Shown here in pieces: positions 1 to 12,371 of a DNA stretch of 64,000 bases. The stretch lies in NCBI RefSeq assembly GCF_009914755.1, contig NC_060933.1, one strand, 5' to 3'. A program made the position numbers and the translations under genes. Under the pieces are notes generated by a model that made no database searches, had not been told where the DNA came from, and was given only the letters and a program-made list of their open reading frames with translations. Positions within the stretch are counted from its first letter, which is position 1; every line of letters starts with the position of its first letter. This DNA is from the human T2T-CHM13v2.0 reference genome, Homo sapiens.

Positions 1-1200
1 GCTTCTTGAATCTATGAATGATATCTTTGAATAATTCTGAAAAAACTCACTTTTATTATCTTTTGGACTCGTAAATAAAAGGGATAATATCTATTATCCA
101 GACAGCCTGGGTCTTTGGCTAGATAATTATTAGAATTTATTCCTCCTTTCTTCATGTTATGTAATAGCAATCTGATATTTTTCAATTATTTTCTCTCTGT
201 ACTATATTCTGAAGAATTTCTTAAAATCTGCCTTACTGTTCACTAATTCTCTTTGCCTGTATCTTATCCCTTCATTGAGTTTCAAATTTCAGTTTATTAA
301 CATTTTTGTTTTTAAAATCCTATTTTGTTCATTTTAAAGAACTTCCTGGTCATTTTTTGAGACTCTTTTCACTGATTGATCCTGCTTTCAATTTCTTCTT
401 TGTTTGCTTTAAACCTAATAACATTACTTATCTTTTATTATCTGATGATTTCTAGGAATATAGGAATGCTTTATGTATTATATGTATCTATGATATTTTA
501 TTTCTCTTTTTCTTGCTTATTGTGACTTGTTTCCTTGTGCATTTTGTGAATCTTTTTTTATCATGAGAAATTACTATAATTGCAATTATTTGTTGAAGTT
601 CTCTGTATGAGAATTCTGTGAACTCTGAATATGGGTTCTACTACCAAGATTTGTGTTTGCCTCTGCCAGTTACTAATTCAAACTTGCAAGTTACAATTAT
701 TAGTTTGCGGTTTTGGGAACCATTAGATAGTCTATATTTAGTCCCCAAATCCACCTATGTCCAGGCTGGTGTCTGCAAGTTACTGGTGAGAATTTTTTGT
801 TGTTTTCACACAGGTATAGGCTGGAAAGTCAATCTTTCTTGCTGACTGCCTCTTTCTCTCTTTTCTATTTCCCTTTTCCTGAAGGTGAAACACTTCTGAG
901 CTTTGTGTGGCTTGGTTCAAGTTTCTATAGCCTGAAGCATTGTGCCCAGTCTCTCTCATATTTTAAAGTTCTGTATACCCAGGGATCTGTATTTTTCTTT
1001 AGGATATTCCAGTGGCTTTTGTGCTTGCTTTTTCCTTGATTAACGTTTCCACTGTGTTCCTAACTTCATCAGGTTTCCTTACTTTCTTGTAGGCTCATTT
1101 AATTATTTAAGATATTTCTTGCCCTCATTCTACCATTTAAAATTCTGCCTACACATTTTTAGGTGTCAGTGTCAGGATATTTTTAGCATCTCTATAGTAC
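1..1200 (-). mobile_element. Ancient L1 (L1M-type) 5'/ORF1 remnant, highly degraded
   Basis: T-rich strand with motifs typical of antisense L1M ORF1/5' region (gcttcttgaatct, ttcactaattctct, ttcattgagtttcaaatttcagtt); boundaries approximate. Confidence 0.5.
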
Positions 1201-1294
1201 TCCTGTGCCAGAAGTGGAAGTCCCATAAGTGCTTTCTAACAACTTTTAATAAACATTTCAAAAATTCAATAATGGTAAATAAATACTGCAGGAT

Positions 1295-1645
1295 AGGGGT
1301 CAGCAAGCTAGGGCCCATGGGCCAAAGAGTCTGCTACCACTTTTTGCATGGTCTGCGAGCAAAGAATGATTTTAACACTTTAAAAGGGTGGAAAAAAAAT
1401 CAAGGAATAATAATATTTCATGACGTATGAAAATTAGATGAAATTCAAAATTCAGTGTTCATAAATAAAGTTTTACTGGAACACATTCAAAGTTTTATTG
1501 GAATGCATTCCAGCCCATTTGTTTATGTGTTGTCTGTACCTGCTTTAATACTACAGTGGCAGAGTTGAGTTGTTTTGACAGAGACAATGCGTCATGAAAA
1601 CTTAAAATATTTATTATTTGGTCCTTTACAGAAAAGACCTTTGCT
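1295..1645. mobile_element. MER58B-like hAT/Charlie MITE
   Basis: Starts aggggtcagcaagctagggcccatgggccaaa; contains aataaagttttactggaacaca, ggcagagttgagt and aaaatatttattatttggtcctttacagaaaa. Confidence 0.8.
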
Positions 1646-3006
1646 ATAAAATAATACCTTTCAGGTTTACCCAATTCAAAGAGCTTAGAAATAAAATTGC
1701 TAAGAAAAGGATAGTTCCTTTGTAATTCATGAGTGTGGGTGTTTATTTACTCCAAGTTATTTCTTGTTCAAACACTCAGATTCTCTTTGGCACTGATGAT
1801 CAATATTTTTATGCTACAAATCACATTATTTTTAATGCTGTGTTCTCCTCATTATGTGTTACTGAGATTACCTTGGCTGCATGGCAACCAACAGAATTCT
1901 GAAATTTCTAACTATGTTGCTTCTCCCATTTACGTTTGCCATTTTTAAAAACAGAAAACATCTAAGTTCCATATAATGCAGGAGTTTTCTATTTACTCTG
2001 CAGAAGCATGTGACATGAGAAGGCAGTAAAGTCTACAGCTGATATACATTAGAGTATCTTGTCTTATTTCTAGGAGTTAAAACCATTTTGTCAAATAGCT
2101 CAGCATAACCTTCCTTCTTTGGCAGAAATTGGACTTCCAGCAGCCGATGGCAAAGCTGTTATCCAGAGGAAGGAATGACGTGTATATTTATTGTATACAA
2201 TCATCAACCCTATTACAAATGTGCCTGAAATCATCTTCCATAGTATATTTTTAAATCTTTCACTCATCCTGGTGAGATTTCTAAGTCAATCTGTGTGGAT
2301 AAACTGAAATTAGAGAAATTAAATAACCTCTTATTCTAAACCTTTTGGCTTTCCATTAAACAATAACTGTGGCAATTTAATAAGCTACTTTTGGTACAGA
2401 GAGGAGACCCTGTAGAGATTCTGAACCATTGATATTTCATTTAATGGGGACCTCACATTCTACTGAACTTTGATTTAGGATCCCATGAGAAAATCTAGCT
2501 GGAAGAGGTTTGTTTCCATGATGAGCAGGAGATAATGAAGCAGTGGGTCAAAGAGAGCCTGGGAAGAAAGAGCCAAGGACAGAATGAATTTGCAGAAGGA
2601 TAGTAACATTGCAGATCCAAGTTAAGAGAGGCAAACAAAAACATTTTTTTGAGACAAAAATTAACCTCATGGCTGTTCACAGAAAGGATTGTGCATAAAA
2701 GCCATATACATGGTGCTGTCAGCAGTGGGGTGTTTTGTATGTGGGTGAGGTCTAGTTTCCTGCTTTTGTTTTTTTGAGTCTGGCTTTTTTAAAATAAGAT
2801 TTATTTTTATTAGTTAGAATGCTGTTTTGGAAAATGCTACAACAAAAAGTGAATTTAGTAGGATCTCTGAAAAAATTGAGGACTTTCCTGGTAAGTTAGA
2901 GAGAGAGAAAGGCAGGAATCCTTCTGGCAAAATCCCAGTAAGGATTTCCTCTCATTGTAACCATCTTTTCCATTTCCTTATTAAAACTAGTTAGCTTTAT
3001 TTACGC

Positions 3007-3191
3007 CAGTGCTTCACAATCCTGGTTGCACCGTACATTAGCATTACCTGGGGAACTAGGGAAGATACATGTATGCAAGGTCCACCGCAGACCACTTAAG
3101 TTCAAATTTCTGGGTTTGGGGTTACCGAAGAATTGCCATTAAAAAAGTTCCCCAGGTAATTCTCATGTGCCACCATGGTTTACAACTACTG
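3007..3191. mobile_element. MER5A-like hAT MITE
   Basis: cagtgcttcacaa...ccccaggtaattctcatgtgc...tttacaactactg, followed by atctagac (Charlie-type target NTCTAGAN). Confidence 0.65.
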
Positions 3192-3199
3192 ATCTAGAC

Positions 3200-3272
3200 C
3201 AGGGTTTCTCAGCTTCAGAACTATTGACATTTCAGGCTGGATAGTTTTTCGTTATGGGAGCTGACCTGTGTG
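3200..3272. mobile_element. MER20 terminal fragment
   Basis: cagggtttctcagcttcagaactattgacatttcaggctggatagtt matches a MER20 end. Confidence 0.65.
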
Positions 3273-3287
3273 CCAAAATGGGATTGT

Positions 3288-3307
3288 GATGATGATGATG
3301 ATGATGA
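3288..3307. repeat. (GAT)n microsatellite
   Basis: gatgatgatgatgatgatga. Confidence 0.9.
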
Positions 3308-3429
3308 GTACTTTTTCTGTGTTAAGTACTAGTCTAAACCCTTTAGATTTTTTATCTTTTTAAAACAGTCACAGATAACCCTATAAAGGCAAGAAGCCCA
3401 CATTCACAACTGGTTTGTCCTGCTTGGGA

Positions 3430-3600
3430 GGCACTGTCGTATAATGAGACAAAAACCTTTTGAGTTAGAAAATCTGGGCTTGAATCCTAAATATACCAAC
3501 TGCTATATGTGTGCACTTCAATCAGTAATCAATTCTGAACTCTTGGCTCGTAACCTTTGAGCTGAAAGTATCATGCCTACAATGTGTGAGAAGTTAAACT
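3430..3600 (+). mobile_element. MIR SINE fragment
   Basis: gagttagaaaatctgggcttgaatcct...ctgaactcttggctc, MIR core-like. Confidence 0.5.
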
Positions 3601-3649
3601 TCTGTAGAGATATAAAAGATATTTTAAAAAATCTAAATTTTACTTCCAT

Positions 3650-4610
3650 ACAATGAGATGAAAAATATACTAGGTGTGATTAATGTCAGGTTAGACATTG
3701 CAGAAAAAATAGTAAACTTCAAGACACAAAAGTTGGGAAAAAAGGATATTAATAGTAATAAAAATAAACAGAGCATTAATGAGCTGTGGGACTACTTTAA
3801 GTCACCTAATATGTATATAATTGGAGTTTCTGAAAGAAGAGATGGAGAAAAGTATTTGAAGAAATAATGGCTGAAAAGTTTTCAAATTGAATAAACTCAC
3901 AGATCCAAGAAACTCAGGGAATCCAGGCACAAGAAGCATTGAAGAAAATCATACCAAATTACATCATAAATAAATAATCACAACCAAAGATAAAAACAAA
4001 AACTGACAGACAAAAAGCTATATGATATACAGAAGAACAGGGATAAGAATAACAGCAGATTTCTCATTGGAACAAATACATGTGAGAAGATAGTGGTGTA
4101 ACGTCTTTAATGTTTTGAAAGAAACAATATGCCAACCTAGAATTATACTCAATGAAATATCTTTAAAAAATAAAGGTGGGGGATGGAGGAGGGAGAGCAT
4201 TAGGAAAAATAGCTAATGCATGCTGGGCTTAATATTTAGGTGATGGGTTGATAGGTGCAGCAAACCACCATGGCACATGTTTACCTATGTAACAAACCTG
4301 CACATCCTGCACATGTACTCTGGAACTTAAAATAAAAAAATGGTAAAAATAAAGACCACTGTGTTCCAAGAATATGAAATAAAATTCTTCAAATAGAAGG
4401 AAAATGAACCATATGGAAATATGGAGCTGGACAAAATAATATTTTAAACACCCCAATTAAGAGCAGAAATTGTTAGATTTGAAAAAGCAAGACCTAAGAA
4501 TATATTGCCAAAATAAAACATACTTTAAATATAAAGACAGAAATAGTATAAAAGTAAAAGGATAGAAAATTAGAAATAGACTAACAATAATCACAGGAAA
4601 GCTGAGATTT
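3650..4610 (+). mobile_element. Ancient L1M ORF1 / ORF2-start remnant
   Basis: ORF 3658-3867 QSINELWDYFKSPNMYIIGVSE is L1 ORF1p-like; aacagcagatttctcattggaaca and ccaacctagaattatact motifs. Confidence 0.8.
4174..4340 (+). mobile_element. Short 5'-truncated L1PA (older primate, about PA10-16) 3' end nested in L1M
   Basis: gagagcattaggaaaaatagctaatgcatgctgggcttaa...gtgcagcaaaccaccatggcaca...ggaacttaaaataaaaaaa. Confidence 0.85.
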
Positions 4611-4647
4611 CAGAGCAGATTTTCACAGCACTCCAATAAGCAGGAAG

Positions 4648-4684
4648 GTAGGGTTCTCCAGGTTCTCCAGTGAAACAGAATGAG

Positions 4685-4739
<55 letters not shown>

Positions 4740-5106
4740 ACAGAGAGAGAGAGAGAGAAATTTAAGGACTTGGTTCCCATGATTGTGGACGCTTGCAATT
4801 CTGAAATCTGCAGGTCAGGTCAGGTCAGCAACTGGAGACCAGAGAAGATCTGATTTTCAGTCCTGAGTCTAAAGACTGTCAGAAGCCAGAAGATTCCTTC
4901 CTTGAGATATCTGTCTTTTCTCTTAAGGTTTTCAATTGACTGGATGAGGCCCACCTATATTATGAAAAGCTGCCTTATTCAAAGTCTACTGATTTAAATG
5001 CTAATCACATCTTAAAACTACCTTACAGAAGCATCTAGGCTGGTGTTTGACCAAACAAGTGGGAACCATAGCATAGTCAAGTTGATATATTAAATTGACT
5101 AATACA
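4648..5106 (-). mobile_element. MLT2 (ERVL) solo LTR
   Basis: agggttctccag...aaacagaa at one end; aaagtctactgatttaaatgctaatcacatc...gtcaagttgatatattaaattgactaataca at the other. Confidence 0.8.
4691..4738. repeat. (TG)24 microsatellite followed by (GA)n
   Basis: Perfect TG run read directly, inside the MLT2 LTR. Confidence 0.95.
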
Positions 5107-5220
5107 GGTAGGCAATATTTTTAGCTGATGAAATAAACTTAGGCTCAGAGAGATTAAATAACTTTCTCATAGACATTTGACTAGTAGGTAGCAGAAATGA
5201 GATTCAAACTCAAGGAGGCT
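5107..5220 (-). mobile_element. MIR SINE fragment
   Basis: aggctcagagagattaaataactttctca...agcagaaatgagattcaaactc. Confidence 0.65.
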
Positions 5221-6519
5221 ACCTCTGATAAATATGCTGTTTCTCAACATGCAAAGCTGAGAAATGTAAATGTTACAATGCAGAATTATTTCTTTTTGTG
5301 GTATAAACTCCATTAGACCAAAACCATCTTTTAGATAGTGTGTGTATATACAAACCCTCATTGAGCCTCTGTATATTACAAATTTCAGGGCTTACTAGTA
5401 TTTCTTAGATTATATATGTCAAGTGAGATCAAATTCTTCAAGTATAAAGTTTACTTCAGTATTATTTTGCGCTTAGCCCATGGATGAATGCAGAGTAAAG
5501 GTGAATCCACAGTGATAATAATACCTTATATACATTATAGGTTCATTATGAACAGATACACTTTACATGCATTATATTATTTATTCTTAGAACATGGTAG
5601 GTGCTTTGTAAACTTTATTTCCATCATAACTCTGTGTATTATGTCAAATGTGATAAAAATGGACATATTATTTAGAAAAAGTATACCTTTTCACATATTG
5701 TATTAGAAGATTTCTCTTACGTATTTCTGCTTACTTTTTGTATTCTGCAATACAATAATAAAATATTTTCAAACATACTTGATAAAAATTTGAACTGCAG
5801 GAATGTAATTTTGTGTTTTTTTCCAATGACAGTTGCTTAGTTTTTTATGTGCTGTAGAATTCACAGAGCTTAACTGGCATATTGTACATTTATGTTTTAT
5901 GGTACTGGGCTCAAAATAGTTAAATACTAAAATTCCTGAGCTAATTCATGCAAAGAAAATATTTAATAGCGAGTTACACAGGAGGAATAGTGGTGACCTT
6001 ATTTTTTCTAGTGTGTTATTCATTTTCAGCTCAGAGCCAAACTTGAAGTCCCTCTTCCTGCCAAAAAGAAGTGGGATAACCCCCTGTCCATCACACAGCA
6101 GAGCAGAATACTGATTCTGCAGAACATAGGCAGTCAGCCAAAGAATAAAGAAACAGAGAACAGAATCTGCTCAGCCATGCTAGGAGGAACCAAAATGAAC
6201 TCCCATGGAAAAAATCTGTAGAAGACATTTATTAGATGGTATTGGAAGGTTTATAAGCACTCTCATACTTAAGGTGAAGTTCTATCAGGTAGAGAATGAA
6301 GCTATAGTTTTTCTGCAATTAGTAATAGGTATGCTGATGGAAGGCAGTATCATTCAATTACAGGCTAGTATGAGTCAGTAATGGAGCTGGACACACAGAC
6401 TAGAATCAGCCACAAGTGAATGAATGAGCAAAATCTAGAATAGACTAGAATAGAAAATCTCTTAGTCAAACCAGGTGAAGAGTTTTCCTAGTTCATTAGA
6501 AAAATGAATGTGCAAATTA

Positions 6520-6695
6520 ATATTCATTTATTTAATCATTCAGTATATATATTTTCTGAGCATTCTTGGTCTAGATGCTAAGAGAAAATTGAACAAAGCA
6601 GATATGGTTCTTACCTTTTTTGGAGATACTGTCTAAGGAAGGAGGCAGATTAATACAATGATCAAAATACAAATGTGAAATCACAACTGTGAAAA
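6520..6695 (-). mobile_element. L2 3' fragment
   Basis: attcatttatttaatcattcag...ctgagcatt...gaacaaagcagatatggttcttacc. Confidence 0.6.
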
Positions 6696-7100
6696 GTCCT
6701 TTCATCCTAGAGCATTTGCTCCAGCTGTCCCCTCTGCCTGGAACATGCTTCCCCAGCTGTCTGTTTAATTCTTTCACCTTTTTCAAGTGATTGCTCAAAT
6801 TTTATCTTCCAAATAAAGCTTACCTTGATCACTCTATTAATACTACAGCCTTACACTTTTCCCTTAATGGCACTCTGAATTCCTCTGCCCTACGCTACTT
6901 TTTTTGCATAAAATTTATCATCTTTTAACATCTGATGTGATTTACTAATTTACAAACCTATTGGTATTATCTGTCCACTGCTAGAATATAAGCTTCTTGA
7001 AGACAGTGACCTGTGTTGTTTCATTAGGTTCACATTCCAAGTACCTAGGACAGTGTCCAACACACAGGAGATGCTCAATATTCATTAAAGGAGTGAACAA
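6696..7100 (+). mobile_element. L2 (L2a-like) 3' end
   Basis: gctgtcccctctgcctggaacatgcttcccc...ctagaatataagcttcttgaag...gtacctaggacagtg...atgctcaata. Confidence 0.75.
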
Positions 7101-7272
7101 GTGAGGTCACAAGAGTCTATCAAAATATCTTGCAGTGGTCAAAATAGTAAAAGTTGTAATAAATTACTATACATAACTTCACAGTAAAATGTATATTGTT
7201 TTCTTTTCATGTAATTCACTGAGGTTTTCAATTTTCTCCATTAATTTTTTCATGAAGTTCCAAGAATCATAA

Positions 7273-7296
7273 AACAAACAAACAAACAAACAAACA
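7273..7296. repeat. (CAAA)n microsatellite
   Basis: aacaaacaaacaaacaaacaaaca. Confidence 0.85.
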
Positions 7297-8129
7297 ATAA
7301 AACAAGACAATACCTATCTGACTCTTCATTTCAATTCTGATCCTCACATTGTGCCAACCAGGAAAGTGGCTTCCTTGCAGAATGTCACTTTAACATGATT
7401 TATTTTTATCTGAGGGTGCCACATGTTACACACATTTAACATTACATACCTAGATGTATATGACATGGGATAGTATACTTTGTTTTCACAATGTATCACA
7501 ATGCTTCCTTGGCCTCTGATGTCTCAGTTCTTTTGTGCTATTCATCTTTTCACATCTAAAATTTTACTACAATACTTAACTTTCTTGATCTTCTCCATTA
7601 TTATTTTCATAAAATTGTAATTTATGAAACATTTCCATGGTTTACAGAGGAGAATATTTGAAATCACAATTGTCCTGGAAAATGTAGGTTATATGAGCAC
7701 AATCCCTGCAAAGGATCTGCAACATAGAGTTAAGCATTGATTATGTGCTAGCATCTGGGGTTTTAAAAAATGAGAGGACATAGAGGATCCTCAAAGAGTT
7801 GCTTGGCTCTATTAGCCTTGGAATTGAGCCATTAGAAATGCTTCACTGCAGCCTAAATTCTGGGCCAGTCATGTGTAAGTGTTGTCATAATTTAAGGAGC
7901 CTGGTGAAGCTAACATTTTTTTTCCTTCTTCTCTGCTGGTCCCCTTGGGAATTACCTATATTCTGCAGAAATCAAACCTACATGCAACTGGTTATCTTTA
8001 TGCACACAAATGGGGTTCATTGACATAGGTTTCCTTAAAAACCCCATCCTTCACCCCCAGACACTTAATAAGAAAGTCCTTTAACCTTAGATACAAGTAG
8101 AATTATACGTGTTTCATGAAATTTGTCGT

Positions 8130-9340
8130 TGTCATTGGATCCTGTCACACAGTGGTTTGGCATGAATGGGGCATATTGGTGTTGAGAGGATGAGAGATGA
8201 GGTTGGAGAGTTAATGAGGAACCAAATCAGAAGAGTATGTTATGCTACGCTGGGGCCTGTGAACTTTATCCTGAGGGTAGAAGGGTTCCACTAAGCATTT
8301 TATTTCATTGTTTTTAAAAATCAGGGTAATGATATAAGCAGATGCATATTTGGACAGTCAGGATGGATGCAGTGTGAAGAATGGATTGAAGGGGTGGCAG
8401 GAGGAGGTGCAGGACAGTGAACTTGAGGAATAAAATGGTGACAAGTTAGAAAAAGGGCAAATGGAGAAGGAAGTATAGAAATTGCCTTGAGGTGGGTGTG
8501 CGGAGAAACTGGAGAAGGGAGTAAGAGAAGAAACCTGTATTTCTGGCTTGAGCATTTAGGTATCACTCTCAAAGCAAATAACTCACTTGGGGAAAAGATG
8601 ATGAATTCATCTGTGGACGCATTGAATTTAGATGTCTGTGAGTCATCAAAAAGTATCTATTTAGACGGTTAGGTATTCATCTCTGGAGCCCATGAGAGAT
8701 ATTTGGATGAGATAAAGATTCGGTATTTATTAGCACATAGATGTTAATTGAATCCACAGTTAACTGAGACAGTATTTACCAAGGAGACGGTGTGGAGTGA
8801 GAGGAAAAGAAGTCAACATTTGGTTTGCTAATACAGGGACATATAGAGAAGAAAATCCTGTAATGAGATTGAGATGGAGATGCCAGAGAGTAGGAGGAAA
8901 ACCAGAAGAGTTCATGTTCATAACCAATGAACTCATTAGAGCTCCCATCATTTGTATGGATCTTGAGTTTCCCAGGCAAGAACAGAGTGGAGAGGTGGAT
9001 AGTTATTGCCAAGGTCTTTAAAGAAGTAGGAGAAGTAGATTATGTTGACTCATAGCGACTAGGAGAAGAGAGTGTGCTATGACTTGATGGCACATTCTTC
9101 ACGGTGGTAATAATGAAGAGCTTGCAGCATGAGAAAATGAGAAACTTTTTGAGAGGACTGCAGAAAAAACAGTATTTTGAGAGGAGAAACAAACTTAAAG
9201 GCATGAAATGGGTGAAGAAAACAGAGGACTGGATACAGAGGATTTTTTTTACTTAGGATTTGACATAGTGAAAAGTTTGGGATAGAGGGTAGCAATAGGT
9301 GACTGTGTTAAGCAAAAGCAGCACAGAATATTGTGGTTGC
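8130..9340 (-). mobile_element. L2 LINE body
   Basis: Purine-rich strand with typical antisense-L2 motifs (gaactttatcctgaggg, tctggcttgagcatttagg, ttggatgagataaagattcgg). Confidence 0.65.
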
Positions 9341-10649
9341 TGACATGGGAGATGATAGCAAACCAGAAGGTTTTCCTTGGGTACTGTCTAAAGATAGCAG
9401 GGATTTGGAGTAGGTGGGTTTATCTGTTGGTAAAGTTGCTAGATAATCAGTCTTGGCTCTAACCTGTATGTGGCTAGAGTTCTTGTGTTTCTTATGGCAT
9501 TATCTTTGCCCAATAGTCCTAGTCTTTGATAGATGAGTAGGTCTAGAGGTGAGATAAACAGCCCAAGGTCTGGTTTGAGGGCGTGACCTACATGAGGGAC
9601 GCAATTTTCTCCAGAGTGGCAAATAAATGTTGGGTTCTATGTGCCAACCCTTGAACTACATGGAACACGTTTCATCTCAATTTTCAGATCACAATCTGAG
9701 GTCTGAAGCTTTTCTTGTCCCTTAAGTCATAGTTACGTAATCCTTTTAAGTGCTTCTATAGTATCATAAAATTTCCTCATCACAGCACTTGTCAAGATAT
9801 ATTATTTCTAGTTTATATAGCTATATCTTCCACTAAGCCATACTATTTAATGGACATGAATTTTCTCATCCGCTGATATATTTCAAAAATCCAGCACAGT
9901 GACTGACATATTTCCACACACACACATACCCACACACGTATATACATATATATTTTTGAAGTATGTGGGTGGAGCTGGAATATCCTGCAGGGAATGCACC
10001 TTCTATCTGAGGAACTGTTGTGTGACTGTGCTCAGGGGACATGTTTTACAGTAAGGTGAAAGTTTGCCTGGCTCAGGGTCTAGGGAGATGCATGGAGCAG
10101 AGGGGTTGCGGGTCTTGTCAGCAGCTCGCATGGATTATGGTCAAAAGAGGGCAGCAGAGGGTCACAGACGAGAGGTGATTTTAAGTGGTGCAGAAGAGTG
10201 GGTGGAAGAGAATACAAAATCAGGAGTGAGAGTTTTGGGTGCCAGGGATAAGGGTGGTGCTCTTTATAGAAGCTAATCCTGTTGGGGGGAGGTTTAGTAA
10301 GGAGAGAGCTGGGGAATCCCCAGGTGTAAAGAGGATGCTTAAAGGAAAACTAGAATATTAAAACCAAGGAATGAAGCAACCCTCCGTCCTGCTTGTTATG
10401 TAGCAGATATCAGAGTTTGACCTTGAAAGTGTGGTCTGCCATTCATAGGAAGGAGGGATAAAAGATGCGGAAGTTTAGTGGAGTGGTATACAAGAGAGAT
10501 GTGCCCAGGAAATCCTGGAAAGTTTGCCTCTTAGAAGTAGATTGAATCTGTCTGTTCTGAATGGTCCAAAGAGAGACAAATGGCCTCATGAGTGGGGAGG
10601 CAGGGAGAGCAATTTCAATTCTAAACAAGAACTCTTTACTTCTCTAGTC

Positions 10650-11005
10650 TTGTCTCATGCTACTCTCCTCCTTTGTGAACTCTGCTGTAGTCATTACTGG
10701 CTTCCTTTCACTTCCTTAAACAATTTTCTGTTACTTCACTATTAGCATGGTTGGATTTTTGTCATCCTTCAGATCTTGATGTAAATGCTATTTCTGAAGA
10801 GAGTTTTTTTCTAACTATCCTTTGCTCTTCACTCTAAACACCCATTACCGTTTATATTTACGGTTTTTCTCTTGTTTATCGTCTGCCTCCTCCTGGAGAG
10901 TAAGGACCATGTGTGTTGTACTCTCCAGGGAATATCCAGCATCTAGTATCATATCCAACTTGTGATAGTGGTTTCATAAGTATTTTCTGGACAAATATAC
11001 TGAAC
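10650..11005 (+). mobile_element. L2 3' fragment
   Basis: tcatccttcagatcttga...ttgtttatcgtctgcctcc...atatccagcatctagta. Confidence 0.5.
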
Positions 11006-11462
11006 AAGTTGCCCTTGGAGGGAGGAAGTTGCCTGTGATGGAAGGTATTTAATATGGACTGGACATGCAGTTGTCAAGATGCTGTATAATATTCAAGGAT
11101 CAGATAGATTGTTACTGAAATGACATTTAAAGTTGCTTTCTGTCATTCCATTCTATTATTCCAACAAATGAAGAGTATAAAATTAATGACTCTAAAATGG
11201 AGGCAATAATGGCTCCATTGCTCATCAATATGAACAGAAAAGAGAATAAATGTGGCTAATTAGAAGGTAATGAAGATCTTACCTACTCATTAATAAAAGT
11301 AGAAAGTGTAATTTGTAAGGAATCTGAACCTTAAATAAATCAGTAGACTTGGGTAACTTTCTAGGGAAATATTTAGGTGCTAATCCAAAAGCAGATTTGA
11401 AAATAGCTACCTTATTCTCTTCGTATTTTTAATAACTAGCACATTATCTGGCACATAATAAA

Positions 11463-11768
11463 TGAACCTAGGATTAAAATGGTAACTAATATAAGGGCTG
11501 TGCTGATTATTAGTGTCAGGTTGGTTGTTTGAAGGGCTCATGGCAGCGGTAGTAGTAGAGTGATCTCTAAGTCGAACAAGAGGAACATGATGGCTACTAG
11601 GAAGAATTTTATGGAAAAGGGGAGGTGGGCGGAAGTTATTGGGTCGAATCCGCATTCATAGGGGTCAGATTTTTCTATATAAATATTAAGTTGTGGGAGC
11701 CAAAATGTTATTATTATTAGTAATAGGGCCAGTAAGGTGTCGGTTATTCAGGCTAGTGTCAGGTTGAT
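11463..11768 (-). pseudogene. MT-ND3 nuclear pseudogene
   Basis: Mitochondrial-code translation [102 protein letters not shown]; hallmark YECGFDP and FSMKFFLVAI..LLFDLEI. Confidence 0.97.
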
Positions 11769-11836
11769 TACTCTCTTTTGAATATTATCAAAACTAATTG
11801 ATTGGAAGTCAATGGTACTGTTTATACTTCAAGAGT
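11769..11836 (-). tRNA. Mitochondrial-derived tRNA-Gly(TCC) pseudogene
   Basis: 68 nt between COX3 and ND3; anticodon arm TTGAC-TTCCA-ATCAA retained; acceptor stem imperfect. Confidence 0.92.
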
Positions 11837-11889
11837 AGGATCCTCCTCAGCAGATAGAGAGGTATAAGAATAGTCATACTACATCTACA
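11837..11889 (-). pseudogene. MT-CO3 3'-terminal fragment
   Basis: VDVVWLFLYLSICWGGS corresponds to the COX3 C-terminus VDVVWLFLYVSIYWWGS. Confidence 0.9.
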
Positions 11890-11904
11890 GATAACTATTT
11901 GCTC

Positions 11905-11906
11905 AA

Positions 11907-11941
<35 letters not shown>
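11905..11941. repeat. (TAAA)n microsatellite (L2 tail derived)
   Basis: aataaataaataaa... directly after gctc of the L2 3' end. Confidence 0.9.
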
Positions 11942-12371
11942 GTGAACTTTTGGAAACCGCATCCCTACACTTTCATAAACCTTTCCAGGTATAGAGTCTG
12001 CATTAGAGTATTCCCTCTGCTCAGTATCATTTGCCCTTTTTATAGCTTAACACCTTCCCGTAGACAGTATATTTACCATGTTACCAAAGGGAGGAGAAAA
12101 TGATGCAGGAATGAAGATAGTCATGCTCCTCATTGCTGCATATAGACGCAGGATTGCTGAAAACATTTTTAGTTTTTTGAAATTTTTTATGAGTTGCTTT
12201 TACGCTTTGTTAAAATTGATATTTAAATAAATGCCATAAAAACTAATGCTCATTAAGATGATAGACATGGTTTGGATAAGTAACTTTCCTTCAAGTTTTT
12301 TTAGCATACATGTATCACCAAATGTGAAATCTTAATAATAAAATATATATATATTTTAGTATTATCTATTG

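Larger units (their letters stand above)
11461..11889 (-). pseudogene. NUMT: mitochondrial COX3 3' end, tRNA-Gly and ND3 (3'-truncated)
   Basis: Reverse complement reads TGTAGATGTAGTATGACTATTC...GGAGGATCCT | ACTCTTGAAGTATAAACAGTACCATTGACTTCCAATC...AGAGTA | ATCAACCTG...; same gene order and abutting junctions as vertebrate mtDNA. Confidence 0.97.

Noticed and set aside
2914-2950. Imperfect hairpin aggaatccttctgg...ccagtaaggatttcct as a miRNA precursor
   Set aside because: Stem too short and bulged; no other support
11407-11655. 82-aa minus-strand ORF
   Set aside because: Out-of-frame standard-code reading of the ND3 NUMT
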